A stretch of DNA of 64,000 nt from Planctomycetota bacterium (GTDB taxonomy: Bacteria; Planctomycetota; GCA-002687715; CAIWVZ01). The notes under the pieces were generated by a model. That model did not search any database, was not told where the DNA came from, and saw nothing but the letters and a program-made list of their open reading frames with translations. A program made the translations under genes and the position numbers. The stretch lies in NCBI GenBank assembly GCA_044222185.1, contig JBGANV010000012.1, forward strand, positions 77,661-141,660, written 5' to 3'. This document shows positions 1 to 10,700 of this stretch, in pieces. Each line of letters starts with the position of its first letter. Position 1 is the first letter of the stretch.

Positions 1-334
1 GCCGGGCCCTGGGACCGATCCTCCAGTTCCCGGCTACCTTCGGGCGTCCTCGATCGCCTTCGTGATCTGGGGCTTCTTGGGATCGGTGCTCTGCGCGTCC
101 GCACAGTTCTCGGGCGGCAGACGGCGCCTCCTTTCCCTCGGGGCTGCAGCGTGCTTCGCGAGTGCGGCCCTGCTGACGTTCGACGTCTGCTACAGATCCG
201 CCGTCGACGGCGCAGAGATCTACTGGAGCGGTGCCGCACTCTGGGTCGACGCAATTTGTGCGTTCACGGCCGTGTGCGCCCTGCTCGCGCGCGAACCAAC
301 CCCGCGTGAGCCGGCCGCGCCCGCGGTCGTTTGA
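1..334 (+). CDS. Membrane protein, C-terminal part (5' end outside window)
   Basis: Frame is open from base 2 (PGPGTDPPVPGYLRASSIAFVIWGFLG...) to TGA at 332-334; three hydrophobic stretches. Confidence 0.55.
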   Translation, partial: PGPGTDPPVPGYLRASSIAFVIWGFLGSVLCASAQFSGGRRRLLSLGAAACFASAALLTFDVCYRSAVDGAEIYWSGAALWVDAICAFTAVCALLAREPTPREPAAPAVV

Positions 335-389
335 CCGCGTGGAAGGTTCCGCGTCGCCCACGGCCTGGCGCGCGGCGCCTGGCCGCCGC

Positions 390-1220
390 CCGAAACTCGC
401 CGGCGAGCCGGTTCCAGAGATTCCCGTCCTCCTCGCCGACATGGTGCTGGGAACGGTCGCGGACGTGATGGGCCGCGGCATCACGGACCGCGCCGGCGTC
501 CTCGGTGTCGAACGGCCGGCGATTGGACGCCGCCTGCGCGCGAACTCGAGCCTCGACGTGATCCTGGCTGCACCGTTGGGCCCCGTGGTCCGAGCCACGG
601 TCGATCCGACCTCGACGGAGCCGATCCGACTCACCTGCCCTCCGGTGGGCCGCATGCGCGTACGCGTGGTCGATGCGCGCGGAGCCCCGTCGCGGGTACC
701 GGCCTCGGTCGGGATCGAAGCGGTCGCCCGTCCGACGGCGCGACGCCCGCCGAAGTGAACCTCCGGCGTGCCTGCACCCTCGACCTCACTGCTGCGAAAG
801 GACAGCCGGAGGTCGCGATCGTCGGCGTCGGGCTGAGGCTGGCGGTCACCGTGCGCGCCGTGCGCGGGCCCATCCGCACCGTGCACAAGGTCTTCGATGG
901 CCCCAAATCACCGAGCGAAGAGATCACCTTCGACATCGCGTTCGATTCGCCTGCGTGCATCCTCACCGGGCGTCTCGTCGACGGACGGTTCGTTCGGGTC
1001 CGATCGAACTCTCGTGCTGACGACCCCGAGCGCCGGCTTCTACCGGGTGCAGATTCGCGTCGTGCAGGGCGTGGGCGGCGAGGCCGTCATCAAAACGGCG
1101 TTGCCCGACGCGCCGGGCCTTCACGTCCAGATCCCCGACGGCGCGCCGTCGGCTTCGGCGACGATCGCGCCGTCCGCGGACGCGGTCCGGCGAGCGATCG
1201 GATCGTTGGGGCGGTCATGA
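390..1220 (+). pseudogene. Fragmented gene resembling a carboxypeptidase-regulatory-like (beta-sandwich) domain protein
   Basis: Protein-like segments in alternating frames: GEPVPEIPVLL...RMRVRVVDARGAP (ORF 231-758), ...ACILTGRLVDG (ORF 755-1432, to ~990), TPSAGFYRVQIRV...TIAPSADAVRRAI (ORF 897-1220). No clean start. Boundaries approximate. Confidence 0.35.
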
Positions 1221-1274
1221 CTCCTGGACGAGCTCGCGTCAGGGCACCACGACATCCGGTAGACTCGGCACCTC

Positions 1275-2747
1275 GTGGGGAACCTCGTCTCGACCCGTCG
1301 ACGTTTCGTGGGCGTCATCGCCGATCGCGCGCTCGCCCTCATCCTCAGCGCGACGGTGGTGACGTGCGCGTCGACGGCGCAGTCGATGCCGGCGCAGCAA
1401 CCCGCACCGAACGTCATCTTCGTCCTCGCTGAGGGCCAGGGGTGGGCGAGCACGTCCGTGCCGATGGACGATCGCGTGCCCGCGTCGTGCGACGCGCCGG
1501 GACTCACACCGAACCTCGAACGCCTCGCGCGCGAGGGGACTCGCTTCTCCGATTTCTATGCGTCGGCGCCCCGGTGCACGCCGTCCCGGGCGAGCCTCAT
1601 CACGGGCATGAGCCCCGCGCGCCTCCGCGTGACCTACGTGCTCGATTCGGACAAGAAGAAGGATGACGACGACGCGGACGAGCTGCCGTCGACGACGCGA
1701 GTCGTCCCGCCGCACTCGGAGCACGACCTGCCAGAGGGCGTTCTCACCACGGCTGATCGTCTTCGCGCAGCCGGTTTTGGCACCGCGCACTTCGGCAAGT
1801 GGCAGGTGGGGAAGGCCGGACCGCGCAAGCGCGGTTTCGACGTGACCGACCCCAAGGACGACGAGTCCACGAAGGGCGTGAGTCGATCCACGGTGATCAC
1901 CAGCCGTGGGATTGCGTTCATGAAGGAGCAGGTCACCGCGCGCAGGCCGTTCTACCTCCAGCTGTGGCACGTGGGCGCCGGCGCCGACGATGAAGTCACG
2001 CGCGAGAGCCGCGCCCGCGCCCGTAACCTGCTTCACGACGTTCGCGGGAAGGAACTGGATGACGCGGCGGGCATGGTCCAGGTGGATGCCGCCCTCGGTC
2101 GCCTCCTCGATGCCGTCGATTCACTGGGCATCGCCGAGCGCACGTTCATCGTGTTCAGCTCCGATCATGGTGCGGCCGCGGGCAGCGGCCGCGGCGCGAA
2201 CTTCCCGCTGCAGGGCGGCAAGGGGAGCGTGGCCGAGGGCGGCCTTCGCGTGCCGTTCCTGGTTCGCGGCCCGGGCGTCCGGGCGGGCGTCTGCTCGCAC
2301 GTGCGCGCCTGCGGCATGGACCTGCTCCCGACGATCCTGGAACTGGCCGGGAAGGGCGCCGAATCCGCCGGTGGCCTGGACGGCGGCAGCCTCGCTCCCG
2401 TGCTCTTGGGCACTGCCGATGCGGTGAAGCGCCCGCGGGGCGAGATCGTGATCCACTTCCCGCATTTCGACCTGGGGAATGGCGGCCCTCAGTCCGCCCT
2501 GTTCTTCGGTGATTTCAAGCTGATCCGCAACGACGAGACGCAGGGCCGAAGGCTCTACCGCATCACGTCCGACCCGTTCGAGACCCGCGACCTGTCGGGT
2601 GAGCTCCCGGACACGGTCACCAGCCTCACCGAGCGACTCGATGCGTGGTTGAACGCGATCGATGCGCCGCGTGCCCGCCCGCGGACACCAGCTCCGGCCG
2701 CGCAGGACTCGCGCCCCGAATCCCGGGGGTCCACCGGTGGCCGGTGA
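1275..2747 (+). CDS. Secreted sulfatase (S1, formylglycine-dependent family) with atypical active-site residues
   Basis: PNVIFVLA, TPNLERLAREG.RF, CTPSRASLITG (CxPxR), GKW, FSSDHG, GGKG...EGGLRVP, DLLPTI, LY....DPFE motifs; signal peptide ending STA|Q. Start codon uncertain. Confidence 0.9.
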   Translation: MGNLVSTRRRFVGVIADRALALILSATVVTCASTAQSMPAQQPAPNVIFVLAEGQGWASTSVPMDDRVPASCDAPGLTPNLERLAREGTRFSDFYASAPRCTPSRASLITGMSPARLRVTYVLDSDKKKDDDDADELPSTTRVVPPHSEHDLPEGVLTTADRLRAAGFGTAHFGKWQVGKAGPRKRGFDVTDPKDDESTKGVSRSTVITSRGIAFMKEQVTARRPFYLQLWHVGAGADDEVTRESRARARNLLHDVRGKELDDAAGMVQVDAALGRLLDAVDSLGIAERTFIVFSSDHGAAAGSGRGANFPLQGGKGSVAEGGLRVPFLVRGPGVRAGVCSHVRACGMDLLPTILELAGKGAESAGGLDGGSLAPVLLGTADAVKRPRGEIVIHFPHFDLGNGGPQSALFFGDFKLIRNDETQGRRLYRITSDPFETRDLSGELPDTVTSLTERLDAWLNAIDAPRARPRTPAPAAQDSRPESRGSTGGR

Positions 2748-2767
2748 TCGCGGCGGCGCCTGAATCG

Positions 2768-3664
2768 TCATCGCATGCGGATCGGATCGGTGAGCGACAC
2801 AGCCGGGATTCGAGCCCTGAGAGCGTCGCGCGCAGCGCAAACCGATCGAACGTCGTGAACGAGATCCTCGTAGCCGGCGCGTTCTGCCGGCAGGCCCCAC
2901 CATTCGGCAGCCCACGTCGCAGCGTCCGGCGTGAACAGGTCCCGCATCGCGCGCTCCATGAGGTCGGGCGATTCCTCTCTCAGGCCGGCGATGAAGGCCG
3001 GGAGGAATCCGACCGTCGTGCCCTCGGGGACGAGCCACGAGCGGCAATCGGCTTGGAGTGTCAGTCGATCCAGTCGTCCGTCAGGCGCAAGCCGGAAGCA
3101 GAACGGAACGTAGATGCTCGAAGAGTTGCCGCCGCGAATCCCATGGGCCTGATGAGCGCCCCAGATCTCGACGTGGTTTTCGACCGTGCGCGTGCGCGGT
3201 TCCCAGGAGCTCTCGAATTGCGTTTCGTGATACGACGGGGACCGTGTCGGCGAGCCGGCATCGACGGCGATCACCGCGCATCGACTGAACCGCCCGTTCG
3301 CGCCACACCCAGCCTCGACCGACAGGACCCAGCCGCGACCTGGTTGCGCGAGACGGTCGACATGCAGAGCGGGCTGCGATTGCCGAGAGTCCCGGCATCC
3401 GAGCAGTCGGCCGCCACCTTCATCTGGATGGACGAACCGGTCGTCGAGCCTGACCGAATACCGCACGCAGATCCCGGGCCGTCCCTGCGCATAGGTGACG
3501 TCGGCCGGCTCGGCACGCAGCACCCAGGTTCCGCCGGTGGTTTGCAAGCGGTCCGTGACCACGTCGAGAGTCTGGCGTGTTCGATCGGGGTCCGTTCGAG
3601 CGGGGGCGCAGAGCCAGGCGCAGACGAACGTGAGGGCGAGTGCGAGGTAGGCGGATGAAGTCAA
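2768..3664 (-). CDS. Hypothetical secreted protein
   Basis: 298-aa ORF with N-terminal hydrophobic signal (AYLALALTFVCAWLCAPA) and plausible globular composition; no family recognised. Confidence 0.6.
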   Translation of the reverse strand: MTSSAYLALALTFVCAWLCAPARTDPDRTRQTLDVVTDRLQTTGGTWVLRAEPADVTYAQGRPGICVRYSVRLDDRFVHPDEGGGRLLGCRDSRQSQPALHVDRLAQPGRGWVLSVEAGCGANGRFSRCAVIAVDAGSPTRSPSYHETQFESSWEPRTRTVENHVEIWGAHQAHGIRGGNSSSIYVPFCFRLAPDGRLDRLTLQADCRSWLVPEGTTVGFLPAFIAGLREESPDLMERAMRDLFTPDAATWAAEWWGLPAERAGYEDLVHDVRSVCAARDALRARIPAVSLTDPIRMR

Positions 3665-4734
3665 CGTGGCCTCGGCTTCGGGAGTATTCGACAGAACGAC
3701 GCAGGCGGTTCATCTCGCGGGAGGAAGCACGCCCGGACCGTCGCGCCGATTGTACGACCCTGAATGCGTTGTGAACCGGCGCGCCAGGGGCGCGGGGAAG
3801 CGCAGTTCTCTGAAGCGCCTGTCCTCCCGAGTTGGACGACGATGATCGGCTGGGCGGACGGCGTCCCAGTTTGCAGCCCGCCACGGCTGCCGGCGCCAGG
3901 CACCGCGAGAGCGGCCAGCCGAGGTCGCCGAGGGCAAGGACGCAGCGGGCCGCGTCACGTCCGTCCGAGCCGGACGCATTCGCCTCCACTGCGACGTCCT
4001 CCGGAACCGAGGTCGTCCCGGTGATGGGCCGGAGCTGAGCCTCCTCGCCGGCCTCGTCGAGTTCGAGCGTCTCCCCGAGCGCGCGGCGACTCGCGTCTCG
4101 CACGGCTCACCAACGACGCCGGAGGCTTCACCTTGCGGTTCGCCCGGTCCCCTGGCGCTGGGCCGCTTTGGATCCCTCCGGGCCAGCCCTGCCGTCCTGA
4201 TCCGCGACGCCTCCACGCCCCGGGGCCGAGGTCGGAGGCCATCGGGATCGCGGTCGAGACGGTGCGACCCGCTTCCGCAAGTCATGCGAACGGTCGGAGG
4301 GCGCCCTGACGTGACGAGCGTCCGCAGCCGCCACCGCGCCGGGCGCTCAGGCCGCTCGAAGTCTCCGCTCGTCTCGGCTGAAGCCGCCTTCGCGGGTCGC
4401 TTCTGGAGATTGATGAGACCGTGTCACTTCCGCGTCAACCGCGACGCTTTGTGAGTGTGATTCGGAAGGCGGTCGAAGGGAACTCGAGGCCATCCCGCCT
4501 CGCCTCTCTGCCGCTGGAGTGATCCACAATTCCTGTTCCTGCCGTTTGCGCGGATCTGCGCTGCGGCCCCATTCCGGCGTGCGTCGTCGTCAGCTGTCGT
4601 CCACTGGCGGCGTTGCAAGTCGCCTGCCAGACTCCGCGCGCGAAAACGTGCGACTCGATCGCCCGTGCGCGCCTTCGTCTTTGCCGTCGAAGTTCCGTTC
4701 GTTCTGAACCCCCACCGTTGAGTTGGAGTCATCG

Positions 4735-7700
4735 ATGACCGCTCGATCCGTTCGTGGCGTTCTGCAATCCCCCGGGTCCGCCTGGTCGAGGCCGATCGCC
4801 GGTCTCGTACTGGCGGTCTTGCTGACGTCGGCCTCGGCCCTCGGCCAGGCCACATGGACCGGCACGGTCTCGACGAACTGGGACACGGCCGGTAACTGGT
4901 CCACGAATGCCATCCCGTCGTCCACGACGGACGTCACGATCAACCAGCTCGCCGGACCCACTCCCAACTACCCGTCGACGCTGAATGCGGCGACCCCGAC
5001 TTGCCGCAACCTCACGGTGAACGCGGGGGCGACGCTCACGATCACGCTCCTCCACGACGTCCGCGCCGATGGATCGGTGACCAACTCCGGCACGATCAGC
5101 GGCGTCGGTGGCATCCTCATGACGGGGACGCTGGCGGCGACGCTTGGTGCCGGCAACTACGGCTCGGTGACCATCCAAAAAACCGGCGCGGCGAGCGTCA
5201 CGACGAGCGGTGTCGTCAACGTCGCGACGGCCATGGTCGTCACGTCGGGGACGTTGAACGTGAACTCCACGCTGCACGTGCTGTCGAGCGGCGTCGCCAC
5301 GTTCTCCGGCGGAACCGTGAGCGGAAACTCGGCAGGTCTCCTCGACTGCGACGGCAACGTCGCGTGGAGTGGCGCCACGTGCACCACGCCCCCATCGGCC
5401 ATCTCGTGCGCGGGGAACTGGACCGCCGACGTGAACTTCAACCCGGGCTCCGGCACGGTGACGTTCGACGGCGCGGGCGCGGCGCAGACGATTTCCGCGA
5501 GCGGTGCGAACGCACGCTTCTCTGCCCTGACGATCGGCACGGTCTCCGTGACGAACGTGGGATTCAGCTCACCGGTCCTGGTTGCGGGCACGCTCTCGAT
5601 TCAGGGGACCTTCTCGGCGTCGGGCGCTGGAACCCTCGATTGCAACGGAACTGCGACCGTGCTGAACGGCGGAGCGTTCAATACGGGTGCGGCAAGCCAC
5701 ACCTTCGCGAGCAGCCTGACGGTATCCGGCACGATCGGCGGAACGGGCACGTTCGTCTTCGATGGGACGTCCAATGCGTCCGTCGTCGGCGCCGTGAACC
5801 CGGCGTCGGCGCTCAAGAACGTGACGTGCGCCAAGTCGACGACGTCGATCCTGACGTTCACGAGCCCCCTCACGATGAACGGCCAGTTCACCGTGACATC
5901 CGGGCAGGTGGCCTTCGGCAACGTCACCGTCAACGGCAACGCGGCCTTCAACGGCGGTTCCGTTTCCGGCGGCACGCTCACGGTGAACGGCAACGTGAAC
6001 TTCGCGGGAACGGCGGCGACGAGCACGCTCTCGATCGACTGCAACGGGAACTGGACGTCCGACTCCGGGTTTGCTCCCACCGGGGGCACCGTGTCGTTCA
6101 TCGGCGGCGGCACGAAGACGGTGACGGGCACCAACGTGGCCTTCGCGAACTTGAACATCACCGGCGGAACCACGGTGAACGTGAACGTCCCGATCGCCGT
6201 CCAGGTCTCGCTGACGAGCCAGGGGACCGTCAACGCCAACGCGGTCTTCGACGTGAACGGATCGGCGAACTTCTCCGCTGGCACGTTCAACGCAGGCAAC
6301 TTCACGCACACGTTCGCCACGTCGCTGACGATTGCGAACACGACTCTGAATGCGACGGGCACGTTCCAGTTCGACGGCTTCTCGACGGGGAGCGTGAGCT
6401 CGACGGCGAACCTGCCGAACGTCGTCGTCGTGAAGAACGGCGGCGCGGGCTTCAGCATGACCGGTACGACGGTGATCGACGGCGTGCTGACGCTGAACTC
6501 GGGCGTCCTCACGGGCCAGACCGTGAACGTCATCAACAACCACGATGCGATCTTCGCAGGCGGCATCTACGACGGTTCGAACCAGATGAGCGTCAGCGGG
6601 AACGTGAACTTCTCTGGCTCGCTGTGCAACCAGGTAGGAAGCCTGGTCGTCACGGGGAACTGGACGGCGAATGCGTTCTTCGCGCCCGTGTCCGGCCTGG
6701 TGACGTTCACGGGCAGCCCGCGCCAGATCTCGGGCACGGCGGCCAAGTTCAACGACCTCGTGATCAATGCCGGCGCGACGGTCTCCACCTTCCTTCCGGT
6801 GTTCGTCGGCGGGACGTTGACCGTGGCCGGGTTCTTCCAGGTCAACAACGCTCTCGATTCGAACGGCAACGTCACGGTGACGACGTCCGGGAACCTCCAA
6901 CTCGGCAGTGCGACCCACAGCATGGGTGCGAGCCTCGCCGTCAACGGACAGATGAGCTCGACGGGACCGTTCGTCTTCGACTCCGCCTCCGCCGGCACCG
7001 TTGCAGGGTCGGCGTCCCAGACCCTCCAGCTCCCCTCGGTCACCGTGGCGAAGTTCCCCGGCGTCTCCCTCACGCTGAACGGGAACCTGGCGATCAACGG
7101 CTCTCTGGCGCTGACGTCGGGCGTCCTCATCGTGGCTGGAACGAACTCGGTCTCGGGAACGGCGACGTTCACGGCCGGGCAGCTCATCGATGCGAATCCG
7201 GTGTTCGGGTCGGTCGGCACGCTGAACGTGGCGAGTCACGTCGTCTTCAATGGTGCCTTGTCCAACACACCGCCGAACATCACGTGCGGGGGTGACTTGA
7301 CGGTTCACCCGTCTTTCAGCCCGAACATCGGCACGGTGACGATGAACAGCGTCGTCCCGCGCCAGATCGTCGGCAGCACGGCGCGGTTCAAGAACCTGAC
7401 CATCGCGAGCACCTCGACGATCACGACGGCGCTGGACGTCCTCGTGCGCGCTGATCTAACGGTCGCCGGCGGTTTGACGATCGCAGGAGCGCTGACCGTC
7501 GACGGAAACTGCAACGTCACCGGAGGGTTGTTCCCCGGCGCCGCCGTGCACCGTTTCCGCACGAGCTTCATCGTCGCCGCGCCGGGAGGCATCCTGAACG
7601 CGAGTCCCGGCGCGTCGTTCATCCTCGAAGGACCGAACACGGCCACCTTCCGGGTGAACTCCGTGTGGACGTCGCCCCCCGTCGCCATTGCGAAGTCCAC

Positions 7701-10700
7701 GAACGCGAGTGTCTCCATCGACGCGGCGACGAACGTGAACGGCGGATTCACGCTCACGAGCGGGAACCTCACGGTGAGCCAGCCGGTCACGGTGACGGGA
7801 AACTCCGCGTTCCACGGCGGGACGGCTTCTTTCACGGCGTTGTTCGCATCGGGCGGAGTCACGTTCGATGGGTGCTTCTGCACCGGTACGGCCAACGTGC
7901 AATGCTCCGGCGATTGGAATGCGAACCTCGGGTTCAATCCTGCCGCTGGCACCGTCACGTTCGCCGGCACGGGGACTCGGACGGTGACGGGGTCGGCTCT
8001 CTTCTTCCAGAACGTCGTCATCCAGGGAGGAACGAGCATCACCACGAATCAGGATCTCCACATCCGTGGCGACCTGAGCGTGGGAGGATTCTCGCAGCTC
8101 ACGACGACGGCCGTGCTCGATCTCGACGGCGACCTGACTGCGGCTGCCCTGTCGACGCTCGCGCTGGGCAACCAGACGCACACGTTCGGCGGAAGCTTCA
8201 CGACGATCGGCTTCGTCAGCGCTCCGGGCGGTACGTTCGTGTTCGATGGAACGAACAACAGCTCGAGCCCGATCCCGCTGATCTCCTCGACGCTGTCGTC
8301 GTTCCCGAACGTGATCATCACGAAGGTGGGGTCGATCGTCCTCAACCCGGTGGCGACGCCGCAGGCGCCGCTCGTGATCAGTGGAACGCTCACGGTGCAG
8401 CAGGGCATCGTCTCGATCGCGGCGTTGGTGTCCGTCAGCTCGAACGCGCTGTTCAACGGAGGACTCTTGACCGGAAACGGCACGCTCGACGTCGCTGGCA
8501 ACGTGGTGTTCGACGGGACGAGCGTCTCGAACAGCCCGAACATCAACTGCGCGGGCAACTGGACGGCGCACCCGAACTTCACGGGCACGTCCGGCGTCGT
8601 GACGTTCACGGGCGCGGCGCTGCAGACGATCATCGGATCGTCGGCGGCGTTCGGAAGCGTCGTCCTCGCCCCAGGTGCGTCCGTGAGCACGAACCTGGAC
8701 CTCACGGTTGGGGGGAGCTTCGCGCTGTCCGGCGGCGCGAGCCCGGCAACGCCCACGAGCTTCACGACTACCGCGAGCGTGAACATCCGCGGTGCCGTGA
8801 CCGTGGCCACCAACGCCAATTTCGCCCTGGGATCGTCGACGCTCCATCGCTTCGGTGGTGCGTTCGCGAACTCGGGCAACATGACGGCGTCGGGACGCTT
8901 CACGTTCGATGGGACCGGTACCGTGACGTCCACGTCGCAGCTTCCCGAGACGGTCGTGGCTGGCACGAGCGTCACACTCTCGGCGCTGCCGCTGACGGCC
9001 CTGAACGTGAACGGACCGCTGTCACTGACGGCTGGGTTCCTCACCGTCGCTGGGACGCTCGGCGTGACCTCGGCCGGCAATGCCGTGCTGACCGGCGGTG
9101 AGATCCAGGGAACGAACAGCCTCCTCACCGTCAACGGCGACGTACTCGTGAACGGGACGATCGCTCAAACGCCACCGCGCATCATTTGTCGCGGGAACTG
9201 GAGCTCGAGTCCCACGTTCGACCCGGCCGTGGGAACGGTCGAACTCCGCGGCACGGTCCTCACGACGGTGTCGTCGACGGTTCCGGCGCTCCCCGTGAAT
9301 TTCCACGATCTGGAGATCCACGAAGGGCTGCGGCGCTTCACGACCCCGGTGCAGGCGACGGGGGCGACGATCCTCCTGCAGAGCAACGCCGCGCTGAACA
9401 TCGCATCTGGCGGCAGTCTCAAGTGTTTCGGGGTGACGTTCACTGCGAACGGCAACCTTCAGATCGACGGTGGCGGCCAGCTCCAGCTCGACGGCGCGTC
9501 GTCCGTCTCGGTGAACCCGAGCGGTGCGTTGCGCCTGCTCGGCAGTGCGAGCGCGCTCGCGTCCATCGACGGCATCGGCGGCGGCGGTTACTCGTTCACC
9601 GTGAGCGGTCTGCTCGAAGCCCAGCACTTCATCATCCGTCGCCCCGGTGCGAACGGATTCGTGATCACCGCGAATGCGTTGATCGGCACGACGCCGCTGG
9701 ATTTCCGCAACGGCACCTTCGATTTCCCGAAGAACACCATCGGCGCCACGTTGCTGACGGTGACGCGCAACAACCCGACGACGTTCGCGAGCCTGACGTT
9801 CCAGAACTCGAACAACTCCGTGGGCACGTTCAACGTCACGGACACGACGGGTTCGTTCGTCACGATGCAGAACGCGACGGGCGCATTCTCCGGGCCGGCG
9901 TTCGAAAGCGACCCGAACAATCTGGTGAGCTGGACGTCGAGCACGCTCACGACTCTCGCGAGCTTCACCGCGACGCCGGGTCCGAACCAGGTCACCGTGT
10001 CGTGGACGACGATCGTCGAGAGCGGCGTCACGAGTTACGCGCTCGAGCGCGCGACGAGCATCGGCGGGCCGTTCGTCCTCAGTGTGAACCTGCCGACGAC
10101 CGGCGTCGGTCACACCTACACGCGAGTCGAGCCCGCGCTGCTGCCCGGTCAGCAGTACTTCTGGCGGTTGAATGAAGTCATCGGGGTCACGCCCACGGTT
10201 CTGGGGACGATCTCGGCGACGCCGTTCAGCGCGGCGCCTCCGGCCAACCTGCTCACGGTGAGTTCTGGCGGCCCGTTCACGACGATCCAGGCCGCGGTCA
10301 CGGCAGCGACGCTGCCGAACACCGTCATCCGGGTGTCGCCGGGAACCTATCCGTCGTTCACGGTGAACAACCCCCCGGTCGGGTTGCTCAAGATCGTCGG
10401 CAACGGCGGCATCGTGAACATCGGGACGGCCGCGGGCCCCGTGACGATCTCGAACGTCGGCGTCAACAGCCAGGTCGAACTGAGTGACTTCGCCATCGAT
10501 CCGCTCGGTGGGTCGGTGAACACGGGGTTGCTCGTTTCGAACTGCGCGGGAGTCGTCGTTCTCGACGAGATGTCGGTGCAGGGCGCGGCCGGTCAGCCGG
10601 GCGTGCGCGTCACCGGCTCGCCCAAGGTTGCGATCCAACGATCGCAGTTGAACGGCACCCAGGGGCTGCGACTCGAGGCGAACTCGATCGTCTACGCGAG

